Below are positions 1-11,372 of a stretch of 64,000 nt of DNA, in pieces (within the stretch, counting starts at the first letter, position 1; the number at the start of each line of letters is the position of its first letter). The stretch spans positions 96,001 to 160,000 of the forward strand of contig CAXXWS020000003.1 in NCBI GenBank assembly GCA_963665325.3, given 5' to 3'. The position numbers were made by a program, and so were the translations under genes. The DNA comes from Alphaproteobacteria bacterium (GTDB lineage Bacteria; Pseudomonadota; Alphaproteobacteria; Bin95). The notes beneath the pieces are model-generated. The model saw nothing but the letters and a program-made list of their open reading frames with translations. It was not told the origin of the DNA and ran no database searches.

Positions 1-1608
<1,608 letters not shown>

Positions 1609-1691
1609 GCGTCGCAGTCCTCCGGGGCGGATGCAGGAAGGCCGGTTTGTATCGGCAGGCCCGGCGGCTGTCCACCGGCGGCGAGGCTCCG

Positions 1692-2507
1692 TCAGGCTAT
1701 CCGTGCATTGCCGCCGGGGTCGCCTTCGATGCGGAACTCGGAGCGGCCGTAGCCGGCTTCCTCGGGAATGCGCATGATCCGCCCGCCGTCGATGAACTCG
1801 ACCTCGGGCAGCACCGGCACCACCGCCGCGGCCTCCGCCGCGACGCGCGCCTCGGCCACGGTCCCGGAGCGGGCGAGCTTTCCCATGTTGAGCCGCGTCG
1901 GGAAGAGCACCGTGTAACGCCCCTCCGCCTGTCCTTTCAGCAGCGCGTCCCAGCCGATCCAGACGGAGTCCACGGATTCGCGCCCGTCATGCGCCGCAAC
2001 CTGCGCGGGCGGCGCTCCGGCCAGGTAGAAATGGGTGTCGAAGCGCTTGGGCATGTGTTCGGGCGTCACCCAGTGGGCGAAGCGGGTGAGCGCGTCGGTT
2101 GCGAATTCCAGGTCCTCGGCTTCCGCCATCTCGGCCATGGCGGCATGGTCCTGCTCCAGCGCGAGGCGCCAGCGGGCGCCGAGTTCCGCGAGCCTGTCCG
2201 GCCCCACATAGTCGTCGCTGCCCCGCTCCCGGGCGAGCAGCACGCCCGCTTCCTCGAACGCCTCGCGCACGCAGGCCGTACGGATCGCCAGCGCGGCGTC
2301 GGAGAGCTCCTCGCCGCCCCGGCAGCGGGCGCGCAGGCGCGGGTCGCGGTCCGCATCCTCAACCTTGCCGCCGGGGAACACCAGCGCGCCGGTGGCAAAA
2401 TCGATGCGGTGGTGGCGCACCACCATGAAGACCTCGATGCCGCCCGGCCCGTCGCGGCCCAGCATCATGGTCGCGGCGAGCCGGGCCTCGACAGGCTTGC
2501 CGCTCAA
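1692..2507 (-). CDS. NUDIX hydrolase (NUDT19-like, possibly acyl-CoA diphosphatase)
   Basis: [11 protein letters not shown]...[11 protein letters not shown] Nudix box and the WVTP...KRFDTHF motif. Confidence 0.85.
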   Translation of the reverse strand: MSGKPVEARLAATMMLGRDGPGGIEVFMVVRHHRIDFATGALVFPGGKVEDADRDPRLRARCRGGEELSDAALAIRTACVREAFEEAGVLLARERGSDDYVGPDRLAELGARWRLALEQDHAAMAEMAEAEDLEFATDALTRFAHWVTPEHMPKRFDTHFYLAGAPPAQVAAHDGRESVDSVWIGWDALLKGQAEGRYTVLFPTRLNMGKLARSGTVAEARVAAEAAAVVPVLPEVEFIDGGRIMRIPEEAGYGRSEFRIEGDPGGNARIA

Positions 2508-2962
2508 TTCTCACGCCCCTTCATCATGCGCACCGCCTTGTAGGTCACCACCGTCTCGCCGCGCTGGTTCACCACATCGTTCTTCGTCGTCACGATGCCG
2601 CGATTGCCCTTGCTGGTGGCGCGCACATTCAGCACCTCGACCTCGACATGGATGGTGTCGCCGACATTGGTGGGACCCAACACCTTGAGCTCGGTCTCCA
2701 GCATGGCGAGCCCGGTGTGCTGCATAGTGGACTGCACCAGCAGCCCCTCGGCGAAGGCGTAGCAGAGCGCGCCCGGCACCGGCCGCGCGCCCGCAATCGC
2801 GCCCTGGCCGGCATAGGTGGTGTCGGTGAAGATCATCTCCACCATGCCGCAGGCATTGATGAAGTTCACCAGGTCCGCTTCGGTCACGGTGCGGTTAATG
2901 GTGCGGAACCGCTCGCCGGTTTCGAGTTCGTCCCAATGCAGGCCAAGGCCGACAGTGCGCAT
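2504..2962 (-). CDS. MaoC/hotdog-fold acyl-CoA dehydratase
   Basis: RTVTEADLVNF...GDTIHVEVEV...NQRGETV MaoC pattern; 4-nt overlap with the NUDIX gene. Confidence 0.85.
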   Translation of the reverse strand: MRTVGLGLHWDELETGERFRTINRTVTEADLVNFINACGMVEMIFTDTTYAGQGAIAGARPVPGALCYAFAEGLLVQSTMQHTGLAMLETELKVLGPTNVGDTIHVEVEVLNVRATSKGNRGIVTTKNDVVNQRGETVVTYKAVRMMKGREN

Positions 2963-3010
2963 GGGCTGGGTTTTCCTTGTGCTTCGGTAGGGGGCGGTTG
3001 CGGGCCGGGC

Positions 3011-4381
3011 TTACCCGGCCGGTTCGGTCGGTTCGGGTCCCCGACCCATTTCCATCAGAAGTTGGACGTCGTGTTCTGTCGGGGAGTGCTCCCCAATCCC
3101 TCCAAGTATGAATTCGCCCATGTTGAACATGGTACGGACGGCTTCTCCGATCAGGAAAGCTCGGAAGCTCGGAATCGGGCAGACCAGCCTGTCGTCCGCT
3201 CCCTCCTGCAGTGCGCCCCTGTGAATGAGGTGTTCGAGGAACTCTTCCGGCGAAATGCCGTTAGGCAGCCGCCTGGCGCTGCTGCCTTCGCGCCTGTCCC
3301 GGATACGTGCGCGGATGGCATCGACGATTTGGTACCTGTGAAGCCCGCCATCCCCAACCGCTACCATGAGGTGGCCGACAAGGATGACCGCACCCCGCAT
3401 CTCCGGGCTTCTGCGCTGCCTGTAGGATTCGAGCCGCCATGCCTGCGCGCGGCGAAGCACCGCCGTTTCATCGACCGCGGAGAGCACGCCGCCAGCCTTC
3501 AACAGCCCCTCACCGAGCGCCCGCATCGCGTTTTGAAGATGCTGCGGCCAGCGGTCCGAATCGTGCTCCAGCAGCGCAGCCCACCGCTCGGTTTCGGCGT
3601 CCTCCGCCCCAATGTGGAACCGGGCCAGCATCCGCCGCACGGCTTCCGCTGCCTGCCCGGCGTCAAGGCGACCGAGCGTATGCACAGCGCCCGTCGAGAG
3701 GCGGGAAATGCCCCCTTGTTTGGCGAGGGCCTCCTGCGAGCTCGCCAAGCCGGCCAGGACCGGCACGATAGGAAGGCCGTCGCCCGCCAAGTGCAACGGT
3801 CGAAGCAAGGCGGCCTGATGCTGAGTCAAACCCTGTACCTCATCGACCATCAGGCAGAGCGGGCGCGTCCATGCCTCGGCGGGAAACAGCATCCGAAGCG
3901 CGCCGAAATCCGGGGGTGGCGGCGCCGTCGCAGCGCCCCATGTCCCGCCTACGCCTACACCGAGCACTCCCGCCTTTGCCTCTCCACCCGAAGTGGTTGT
4001 CCGGCGAAATTCAATTGCCTTGGCCGGGTCGATGGCTTCGGCGATGCGCGTCATAATCGCTGCCGGGTCCCCGAGCTCCGATGGATCGACATACAGGGCA
4101 GCCGGCGCCAACGCCGCGTCGGCCATTGCCCACTTTTCCCGGAGGTGCTTGAGCAAGGCAGTCTTACCGGCGCCCGGTGCGCCCTGTATGAGTACGGTTG
4201 CGCCCGCCAATGCCGTACCTTCTCGAAAACGGCGAAACGCCAGATCGCAGGTTCTCTCGACATACTCGACCTGTGTACTTCGCCCCACGAAGAACCATGC
4301 AGCATTCCGGTCCCGTTCCTCGATGAAGTCCGGGAGCCTGTCCAGATCGGGGGTGTAATTCTGTCCGGTGTTTGCCGTCAT
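3011..4381 (-). CDS. P-loop AAA ATPase (AAA_16/STAND-like), uncharacterised
   Basis: FFVGR motif, Walker A GAPGAGKT, Walker B LCLMVDEVQ, later WPQHLQ; start placed at ATG 4381. Confidence 0.75.
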   Translation of the reverse strand: MTANTGQNYTPDLDRLPDFIEERDRNAAWFFVGRSTQVEYVERTCDLAFRRFREGTALAGATVLIQGAPGAGKTALLKHLREKWAMADAALAPAALYVDPSELGDPAAIMTRIAEAIDPAKAIEFRRTTTSGGEAKAGVLGVGVGGTWGAATAPPPPDFGALRMLFPAEAWTRPLCLMVDEVQGLTQHQAALLRPLHLAGDGLPIVPVLAGLASSQEALAKQGGISRLSTGAVHTLGRLDAGQAAEAVRRMLARFHIGAEDAETERWAALLEHDSDRWPQHLQNAMRALGEGLLKAGGVLSAVDETAVLRRAQAWRLESYRQRRSPEMRGAVILVGHLMVAVGDGGLHRYQIVDAIRARIRDRREGSSARRLPNGISPEEFLEHLIHRGALQEGADDRLVCPIPSFRAFLIGEAVRTMFNMGEFILGGIGEHSPTEHDVQLLMEMGRGPEPTEPAG

Positions 4382-4462
4382 CTTCGTCGAACCCGCCGCC
4401 CGGCGCGCCGTTGCATGTCCGGGCAACCTAGCGACTGCGGAACGCCGTGCAAGCCGGGCAGC

Positions 4463-5650
4463 TCACACGGCTGCGCCGGCGGCCTTGAGCGCGTCGATCT
4501 CGGCCGCCGCGTAGCCCGCTTCGGCCAGCAGTTCGGCGGTGTGCTGGCCGAGGCGCGGCGGGTGATGCGCATAGACATGGCCGCTCTTCTCGAAGCGCAC
4601 CGGGAAATCCGGCTGGACGATGGGGCCTTCGCTGGGGTGCTCCATGTGGCGAAAGAAGCCCACCGCCTTCAGGTGCGGGTCCTCGACCAGGTCCTCCAGC
4701 GCGTTCATGCGCATATAGGGGATCTCCAGCCGCTCCAGCGCTTCCACCCATTCTTCCGTTGTCCGCGTGGAGAGGATTTCGCCGACGACGACGTAGAGAC
4801 TTTCGACATTCTCCGTGCGCGCGCCCATGTCGGCATAGAGCGGGTCGTCCGCGAGTTCCGGCCGGCCTGCCGCCTCGACGAAGCGCCGCCACTGGCCGTC
4901 ATTGTAGGCGAGCACGTTCAGGTGCCCGTCCGCGGTCGGATAGGGCTTGCGCCAGCGGGCGAGCACGCGCGGATAACCCATCGGGGCCAGCGGCGGGTCG
5001 AACACATGGCCGTAGAGATGTTCCATGGTGTTGAAATGGGCCATGGCCTCGAACATCGGCACCTCGACGAACTGGCCCTCGCCGGTGCGTTCCCGGTGCA
5101 GCAGCGCGGCCGTCACGGCCGAGGTCGCCATAAGCCCGCAGGTCTTGTCGGCGGCCACCATGGGCGTGAAGCGCGGCTCGCCCGCGAGCGGCTCCATCAG
5201 CGCCGCCAGCCCGGAGCCTCCCTGGATGATGTCGTCATAGGCAGGCCGCCCGGCATAGGGCCCGGCTTCGGAGAAGCCGTGCAACCCGACATAGACGATG
5301 CGCGGATTGCGGGCCCGCACCGCGTCGGGGCCGAAACCCAGCCGGGCTATGGCCTGCGGGCGGATCGAGTGGATGAAGACGTCTGCCGTGTCCACAAGCC
5401 GCCAGAGGGCCTCGCGCGCCTCTTCGTGCTTGAGATCGAGGCAGATGCTGCGCTTGTTGCGGTTGCAGAGCAGGAAGAACGCGGCCATGCCGGGATTATG
5501 GCCGGGCCCCGTCTTGCGCGTCGTGTCGCCGGCAGGCGCCTCGATCTTCACGACATCGGCGCCCATGTCGCCCAGCAGCATGGTGCAATAGGGGCCGAAC
5601 AGCACGGAAGTGAGGTCGAGGACCCTTATGCCTTCCATCGGCGCGGTCAC
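4463..5650 (-). CDS. CaiB/BaiF family III CoA-transferase
   Basis: GIRVLDLTSVLFGPYCTMLLGDMGADVVKIE, NRNKRSICLDLK, PAYDDIIQ; GTG start overlaps the stop of the upstream SDR (GTGA). Confidence 0.92.
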   Translation of the reverse strand: MTAPMEGIRVLDLTSVLFGPYCTMLLGDMGADVVKIEAPAGDTTRKTGPGHNPGMAAFFLLCNRNKRSICLDLKHEEAREALWRLVDTADVFIHSIRPQAIARLGFGPDAVRARNPRIVYVGLHGFSEAGPYAGRPAYDDIIQGGSGLAALMEPLAGEPRFTPMVAADKTCGLMATSAVTAALLHRERTGEGQFVEVPMFEAMAHFNTMEHLYGHVFDPPLAPMGYPRVLARWRKPYPTADGHLNVLAYNDGQWRRFVEAAGRPELADDPLYADMGARTENVESLYVVVGEILSTRTTEEWVEALERLEIPYMRMNALEDLVEDPHLKAVGFFRHMEHPSEGPIVQPDFPVRFEKSGHVYAHHPPRLGQHTAELLAEAGYAAAEIDALKAAGAAV

Positions 5651-6534
5651 AGCCCGTCCTCCCGCTTGGCATCCGAATAGTCGAGCTCGAATCGGGACGG
5701 CCGCCCGAACGCCCACGGGTCGCCCCAGAGCTGCTGGCCGCCGTCCACCGTCACCACCTCGCCGGTGACGAACTTGCCCGACGGCGCGGAGAGATAGGCG
5801 ATGGCCTCGGCTACATCCCACTCGTCGCCAGCGCGCAGCATCGGGTTGGACTGCGCGAAGGTCGCGGCTCCCGACGCCGGGTAGCGGCCGAAGGCGGTCG
5901 TCTCGCAGCAGCCGGGCGCGACGCAGTTGATGCGGATGCCGAGCGGCGCCCACTCGACGGCAACCGTCTTGGAGAGATAGACCACGCCAGCGCGCGCGGC
6001 CGCCGTGTGCGCCACTCCGGGTATGCCGCGCCAGATATCGGCCACCACATTCACGATGGAGCCGCCCTCCTCCCGCTCCCGCCAGAGCTGCGCGGCCGTC
6101 TGCATCATCCACCATGTGCCGTTCAGATTGGTGTCGATGACCGCCCGCCAGCCCTTGACCGAGAAGTCGATGGCGTCCTGCGCGAACTGCCCGCCGGCAT
6201 TGTTGACGAGGTGGTCCAGCCGCCCGTGCTCCTCGAACACGCGCCCGAGCAGCGCGCCCACCGCTTCCGGATCGCGGATGTTGCAGACGGCGGCGTCCAG
6301 GCCGAGGCCGTTCTGCCGGAACTGCGCCTCCAGCGCGTCCAACTTGGCCCTGTCGCGTCCGATGACGACCACCGTAGCGCCGAGCCGCGCGAACAGGATC
6401 GCCGTCGCCCTGCCGAGCCCGCTGCCGCCGCCGGTGACCAGCGCCGTTTCGCCCTGGAACAGGTCCGCGCGATAGACCGTCGGCCAGTCGAACATGCGCT
6501 CGTCATGGCCGTATTCCGCTTGGCCGCCGGTCAT
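5647..6534 (-). CDS. SDR oxidoreductase (trans-2-enoyl-CoA reductase/citronellol dehydrogenase-like)
   Basis: TGGGSGLG, LVNNAGGQF, HTAAARAG motifs. Confidence 0.85.
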   Translation of the reverse strand: MTGGQAEYGHDERMFDWPTVYRADLFQGETALVTGGGSGLGRATAILFARLGATVVVIGRDRAKLDALEAQFRQNGLGLDAAVCNIRDPEAVGALLGRVFEEHGRLDHLVNNAGGQFAQDAIDFSVKGWRAVIDTNLNGTWWMMQTAAQLWREREEGGSIVNVVADIWRGIPGVAHTAAARAGVVYLSKTVAVEWAPLGIRINCVAPGCCETTAFGRYPASGAATFAQSNPMLRAGDEWDVAEAIAYLSAPSGKFVTGEVVTVDGGQQLWGDPWAFGRPSRFELDYSDAKREDGL

Positions 6535-6538
6535 GCTT

Positions 6539-7690
6539 TCAGGCGGCCTCCAGGCCGAGCGCATCCCTCACCTGGGCATGGAAATGCGCGAGCGCGGGCT
6601 CGTTGCGCCCGAAGGTGATGTGGCTCTGCGCCAGTGAGTGAAAGCCGCGCTGCATGTCCTCGCCCACGGGGAAGTCCTCCAGCTCGACCGTGCGCATCAG
6701 CAGGTCGAAATTATTGTCCCAGTGGCGCCGTGCGCTGTCGGTCAGCGCCGGCTCGGGCGTGTAGAGCGAGATTCGCATGACGCATCGGTCCGGGTCGCCC
6801 GGCACCGGGAAGACATGCCAGGTCTCGATATGGTCGCCCTGCACGAGGAACACCGTGTTCGGGAAGAGCACATAAACGACGACCGTGTGGCGGATTACGT
6901 CCCAGTCCGTTTCCGGCTGGGCGCGCATCTCCTCGATGGACCGCCGGGCGCCGGTCATGCGCAGATGCCGGCCCATCGGGTCGAACGCGCAGAGGTTGGT
7001 GTGGATGATCGGGTGGATCGTCTCGGTGTGCAGTGTCGAGAGGTGGTAGGTCTCGAGGAAGGTATCTACCAGCAGCTTCCAGTTGAACGCCCGGCTCCGC
7101 TCGCGCGTCTCGTAGTGGTGGTAGCCGGCAAGGCCGTAGGCGGCGAGGTCGCCTGCGACCGGCCCGAGATGCGCGTCGAGGTCAAGGTCGCCGCCCGGCG
7201 TTGCCGAGGCCCAGATAATGCCGTCGCGCTCGATGCAGGGGATTTCGGTAAGGCCGCTGGTCGCCTTCTCGACCTCCGCGAAGGACTGCTCGTCCGGGCG
7301 CGACAACAGCTTCCCGTCGAGCCCGTAGGTCCAGGCGTGGTAGGGGCAGGTGAAGGCGGATGCGTGGCCGCAGCCCTGGGCGAGCTTGGCGCCCCGGTGG
7401 CGGCAGACATTCAGGAAGCCGCCGAGGCTGCCGTCCCGCTGGCGGACGAACAGCAGCGGGTCGCCGGAATGGTCGTGGGCGAGGAAGTCGCCCGGCTCCG
7501 GCAGCAGGCAGGACAGGCCGATGGCGAGCGGCATGCGGCGGAAGAACGACCGTTCCTCCGCGGCGAGTTGCTCGCGGCAGGTGTAGTCCTCCACGCCGAG
7601 GCGGAACACCGCACCCGTCCGGTCGGTGGATTTCGCGTCGAGATGCGCGAGCAGCCTGTGTCCGACCCTGATCTGCTCGGCCCGCTCCAT
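6539..7690 (-). CDS. Rieske aromatic ring-hydroxylating oxygenase, alpha subunit
   Basis: Rieske ligands CRHRG...CPYHAW; NWKLLVDTFLETYHLSTLH mononuclear-iron motif. Confidence 0.92.
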   Translation of the reverse strand: MERAEQIRVGHRLLAHLDAKSTDRTGAVFRLGVEDYTCREQLAAEERSFFRRMPLAIGLSCLLPEPGDFLAHDHSGDPLLFVRQRDGSLGGFLNVCRHRGAKLAQGCGHASAFTCPYHAWTYGLDGKLLSRPDEQSFAEVEKATSGLTEIPCIERDGIIWASATPGGDLDLDAHLGPVAGDLAAYGLAGYHHYETRERSRAFNWKLLVDTFLETYHLSTLHTETIHPIIHTNLCAFDPMGRHLRMTGARRSIEEMRAQPETDWDVIRHTVVVYVLFPNTVFLVQGDHIETWHVFPVPGDPDRCVMRISLYTPEPALTDSARRHWDNNFDLLMRTVELEDFPVGEDMQRGFHSLAQSHITFGRNEPALAHFHAQVRDALGLEAA

Positions 7691-7765
7691 GGCCCCTTTC
7701 CCCCTTGCTTTTTCGGCGCGGGCGGAATGTGGCAGCCCCCGCGCCGCCGCGCAACCGGCCTGCCC

Positions 7766-8323
7766 TCAGGCGTGCTCTTCCGCTGCCGTCAGCAGCCGAA
7801 GCGCCTCGTCCGCGTCTTCGGCGAAGGCGGTGCTTTCGAGCAGTTCCGGCGAGGTGAAGCCCGCGCGCTCCATCTCAGAAAGCAGGCGGGACAGCGGTGA
7901 CCAGAAGGCGCGGTCTACCAGGATCACGGGCTTGCGGTGCAGGTCCAGGCTGATCCAGGACAGCGCTTCGGCGACTTCGTCGAGCGTGCCTATCCCGCCG
8001 GGCAGGACGAGGAAGGCGTCCGACCGGCTGTGCATCTCGGCCTTGCGCTCATGCATGGACCGGGTCACCAGCAGTTCCGTAAGGCCGGTATGCATCACCT
8101 CCCGCTCATGCAGGAACTCGGGAATGATGCCCACCACCTCGCCGCCGGCCGCCAGTGCGGCATCGGCAAGGACGCCCATGAGCCCCACATGTCCGCCGCC
8201 ATAGACGGTGCGCAGCCCGGCTTCGGCGATGCGCCGGCCGGTCTCTTCCGCGAGCGCGCGGCGCTCTGGCCGGTTCCCGACCCTGGAACCGCAGAACACG
8301 CAAACACTCTCGATCTTCGTCAT
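7766..8323 (-). CDS. LOG family protein (TIGR00730, nucleotide phosphoribohydrolase)
   Basis: VCVFCGS, YGGGHVGLMG, MHERK, PGGIGTLDE motifs. Confidence 0.92.
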   Translation of the reverse strand: MTKIESVCVFCGSRVGNRPERRALAEETGRRIAEAGLRTVYGGGHVGLMGVLADAALAAGGEVVGIIPEFLHEREVMHTGLTELLVTRSMHERKAEMHSRSDAFLVLPGGIGTLDEVAEALSWISLDLHRKPVILVDRAFWSPLSRLLSEMERAGFTSPELLESTAFAEDADEALRLLTAAEEHA

Positions 8324-8386
8324 GTCGAACCTTTCATCGACGGATAGCGCGGTCTATGTTGCCATCGTAACGAAACGGCGGCGTTC

Positions 8387-10963
8387 GTGGCCCGTATTAT
8401 TCCCATAGCCATCGTCGGCCTGGCACTGGTCCTCTATGCCTTGTGGCGGGGCGCCTACCCCGACCTGTTCGAGGAGGCTGGGCCGCCGCCCGCGCAGACA
8501 GCGGCGGTGCCTGCCGAGACGGCGACGGAGCCCGCCGCGGAGGCTCCGGCCGCGACCGAGGCGCCGAAGGCGTCCGACCGCGAGCCTGAAGCGGCGCCCG
8601 CCGAGCTGCCGGCAACGCCGCAACTCGACGTCGTGCGCATCGACAAGGACGGCGACACCGTGATTGCCGGCAAGGCCGAACCCGGCGCGTCGGTGACCAT
8701 CGCCACCCAGGACCGGACCCTTGCCGTGGTCAAGGCCGACGACCGCGGCAAATGGGTCGCGCTCCCGGAAAAGCCGCTGCCCGCAGGCGACCATGCGGTG
8801 ACGATCGAAGCGACGGGCAAGGACGGCAAGACGGAAGTCGGCGACAAGACGATCATTGTGTCGATCCCGGAGGGGAACACGGGCGAGAAGCCGCTGGTGG
8901 TCGCCGTTCCTACAAAGGATTTCGGCGCGAGCGAGGTTCTCCAGCGGCCCGGGCCGCCACCCGGCGCCGAGGAGCCGGCCGGCATCGGCCGCGAGCCGCC
9001 GCCCGACGCTCCGGCTCCATCCGAAAAGCCGATCGTCGTGGCGGAGGCGCCGAAGGCGCTGGCGCAACCGGCCGGGACCGTTACTGTGGCCCCGGAGTCG
9101 CAGCGGGCGGAGACAGCGGACGAAGGTGCGACAGAAAGCAGCGGAGCCGACAAGCCGACTGTCGTGGCCGGGACGCCTGCAACGCGCGCCGCACAGCCCG
9201 CGCAACCGGACAGAGCCGCTGCGCTCGAGGACGAAGTCGGCAAACCGCCGACGGACGCGCAGGCCTCGGCGGGCAGCTCCGAGGCCCCGTCCGGGCAGCA
9301 GCAGGCGACTGCCGCGCCGGATAGGGAGGCGTTGCCGGAGAGCAAGGCCGGCGAAGCCCCCGCGGCCGTGGCCGGAACGGTAGCGAAGCCGGGCGTGAAC
9401 AAGCTCGCGCCCGGCGAGGGCAAGTCCGGCGAAAGCCCCGCGGCCGTGGCCGGAACGGTGGCGAAGCCGAGCGTGAACAAGCTCGCGCCCGACGACGGCA
9501 AGTCCGAGGAATCCCCTGCGGCCGTGGCCGGAACGGTGGCAAAGCCGAGCGTGAACAAGCTCGCGCCCGACGACGGCAAGTCCGAGGAATCCCCTGCGAG
9601 GGTGGCGGAAACGGTGGCGAAACCGGGCGTGAACAAGCCCGCGCCCCGGGACGGCAAGTCCGGCGAAGCCCCCGCGGCCGTGGCAGAAACGGTGGCGAAG
9701 CCGGGCGTGAACAAGCTCGCGCCCGGCGACGGCAAGTCCGGCGAAGCCCCCGCGGCCATGGCCGGACCGGTGGCGAAGCCGGGCGTGAACAAGCTCGCGC
9801 CCGGCGACGGCAAGTCCGAGGAATCCCCTGCGGCCGTGGCCGGAACGGTGGCGAAGCCGAGCGTGAACAAGCTCGCGCCCGGCGACGGCAAGTCCGGCGA
9901 AGCCCCTGCGGCCGTGGCCGGAACGGTGGCGAAGCCGAGCGTGAACAAGCTCGCGCCCGACGACGGCAAGTCTGGCGAATCCCCTGCGGCCGTGGCCGGA
10001 ACGGCGGCGACGCCGGGTGCGGACAAGGCCGCGCCCGGCGACGGCAAGTCCGAGGAAGCCCCCGCGGCCGTGGCCGGAACGGCGGCGAAGCCGGGCGTGA
10101 ATAAGGCCGCGTCCGGGGACGGCAAGTCCGCTGAAGCCCCTGCAAGGGTGGCCAAGCCGAGCGTGAACAAGCTCGCGCCCCGGGACGGCAAGTCCGGCGA
10201 AACCCCCGCGGCCGTGGCGGAAACGGCGGCGACGCCCGGTGCGGACAAGGCTGCGCCGGGGGACAGCAGAGTCGACAAGCCCTCCGCCGTCGCCGGCAGA
10301 GCCGCCGAAGAGACGCAGCCGACCGGTCCCGCCGCCGCCCCGGCTGGCGGAGGGATGAAAAAGCCGCCTGCAGCAGTCGCCGAGGCTGCCCCTGCCCCGG
10401 CGCCATCGGGGACGGGGTCTCCTGCTCCGGCCGCAACCGCCCGGCAGCAGCAGGCGGCAGCCGCGCCGCAGCCGCCGCAGAAGGGCGTTTCGGTCGATTC
10501 GGTCGACTATGACGACCAGGGCAATCTCGCGCTTGCAGGCAAGGCGGAGCCCGGATCGGTCGTCGAGCCGAAAATCGCGTCCGGGGGCGCCGGATCCGAA
10601 TCGCTTGGCAAGGTCCGGGCGGACGAGAAGGGCGAGTGGCGCCTCGAGGTCGAACGCCCGGTCGCTCCCGGCCGCTACGACCTCACCGTCGAGGAACGCA
10701 CTCCGGAAGGTACGCCGCGCTCGCGCATCCGCCTGCCGTTCGAGCGGGCGGACCCGATCGCCGACTTCCCCGCGGGCGCGGTCGTGGTCGTCCAGCCCGG
10801 CAACAGCCTCTGGCGCATCGCCCGCAAGATCTACGGGCGCGGCGTCCGTTACACGGTCATCTACGCCGCGAACCGGACGCAGATCGGCAATCCCAACCTG
10901 ATCTTCCCGGGACAGATCTTCACGGTGCCGCAGGAAAATCGGCCCGACCGCGTACCGGGCTAG
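8387..10963 (+). CDS. Membrane-anchored LysM peptidoglycan-binding protein with two Ig-like modules and a long repeat linker
   Basis: N-terminal TM helix; DVVRIDKDGDTVIAGKAEPG and VDYDDQGNLALAGKAEPG modules; C-terminal LysM VVQPGNSLWRIARKIYG...IYAANRTQIGNPNLIFPGQ. Confidence 0.9.
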   Translation: MARIIPIAIVGLALVLYALWRGAYPDLFEEAGPPPAQTAAVPAETATEPAAEAPAATEAPKASDREPEAAPAELPATPQLDVVRIDKDGDTVIAGKAEPGASVTIATQDRTLAVVKADDRGKWVALPEKPLPAGDHAVTIEATGKDGKTEVGDKTIIVSIPEGNTGEKPLVVAVPTKDFGASEVLQRPGPPPGAEEPAGIGREPPPDAPAPSEKPIVVAEAPKALAQPAGTVTVAPESQRAETADEGATESSGADKPTVVAGTPATRAAQPAQPDRAAALEDEVGKPPTDAQASAGSSEAPSGQQQATAAPDREALPESKAGEAPAAVAGTVAKPGVNKLAPGEGKSGESPAAVAGTVAKPSVNKLAPDDGKSEESPAAVAGTVAKPSVNKLAPDDGKSEESPARVAETVAKPGVNKPAPRDGKSGEAPAAVAETVAKPGVNKLAPGDGKSGEAPAAMAGPVAKPGVNKLAPGDGKSEESPAAVAGTVAKPSVNKLAPGDGKSGEAPAAVAGTVAKPSVNKLAPDDGKSGESPAAVAGTAATPGADKAAPGDGKSEEAPAAVAGTAAKPGVNKAASGDGKSAEAPARVAKPSVNKLAPRDGKSGETPAAVAETAATPGADKAAPGDSRVDKPSAVAGRAAEETQPTGPAAAPAGGGMKKPPAAVAEAAPAPAPSGTGSPAPAATARQQQAAAAPQPPQKGVSVDSVDYDDQGNLALAGKAEPGSVVEPKIASGGAGSESLGKVRADEKGEWRLEVERPVAPGRYDLTVEERTPEGTPRSRIRLPFERADPIADFPAGAVVVVQPGNSLWRIARKIYGRGVRYTVIYAANRTQIGNPNLIFPGQIFTVPQENRPDRVPG
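9341..10264 (+). repeat. Intragenic 78-bp (26-aa) tandem repeat, 12 copies (one shortened to 22 aa)
   Basis: Unit approximately GKSGEAPAAVAGTVAKPGVNKLAPGD; CAAGTCCG recurs at 9421, 9499 and onward. Confidence 0.95.
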
Positions 10964-10973
10964 GCGTACCGGG

Positions 10974-11195
10974 TCAGGCCGCGGCGCGCGCCGCCTCGCG
11001 CTCCTCGTCGGGATCGCGATAAGCCATCTCGACATGGCGGGCGCAATAGGAATGCGGCGCCAGCGTCGGTGCGCCGCAATAGCGGAACGTCTCGTCGTCC
11101 TGCGGGTCGCCGAACGGCCATTGGCAGTTGCGGAAGGGCGATTGCGTCGCGGTTTCGGGCAGGGAGCGCACGGAGGCGCCTTTGGCAGCGGACAT
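10974..11195 (-). CDS. Short GcrA-family protein (C-terminal Cys/His domain only)
   Basis: CQWPFGDP...FRYCGAP...SYCARHVEMAY matches the GcrA C-terminal motif; the N-terminal HTH is absent. Confidence 0.75.
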   Translation of the reverse strand: MSAAKGASVRSLPETATQSPFRNCQWPFGDPQDDETFRYCGAPTLAPHSYCARHVEMAYRDPDEEREAARAAA

Positions 11196-11218
11196 GGGTC
11201 ATGTCTCCGAAGAGATGG

Positions 11219-11250
11219 TGCGTTGCAGCGGAGAATGTTGCATTGCAGCA
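11219..11250. promoter_or_regulatory. Two tandem PhaR-like boxes in a divergent promoter region
   Basis: TGCGTTGCAGCG (11219-11230) and TGCATTGCAGCA (11239-11250), compared with the recalled rhizobial PhaR consensus TGCRNYGCASMA. Confidence 0.45.
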
Positions 11251-11372
11251 TGCGGGTCAAGCGGTTTCGTTCGCGCCCGCAATACCGGTGCGTTTGCGGC
11301 AGAATGGGGCGGCTAGGCGGGAATTCAAGGCCCCGTCGCGGAAAAAAGTAATTTCAATTACGCTCGCCGCAC

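Noticed and set aside
9341-10264. Possible CRISPR array
   Set aside because: Contiguous in-frame 78-bp units with no unique spacers, inside a CDS, and no cas genes in the window.
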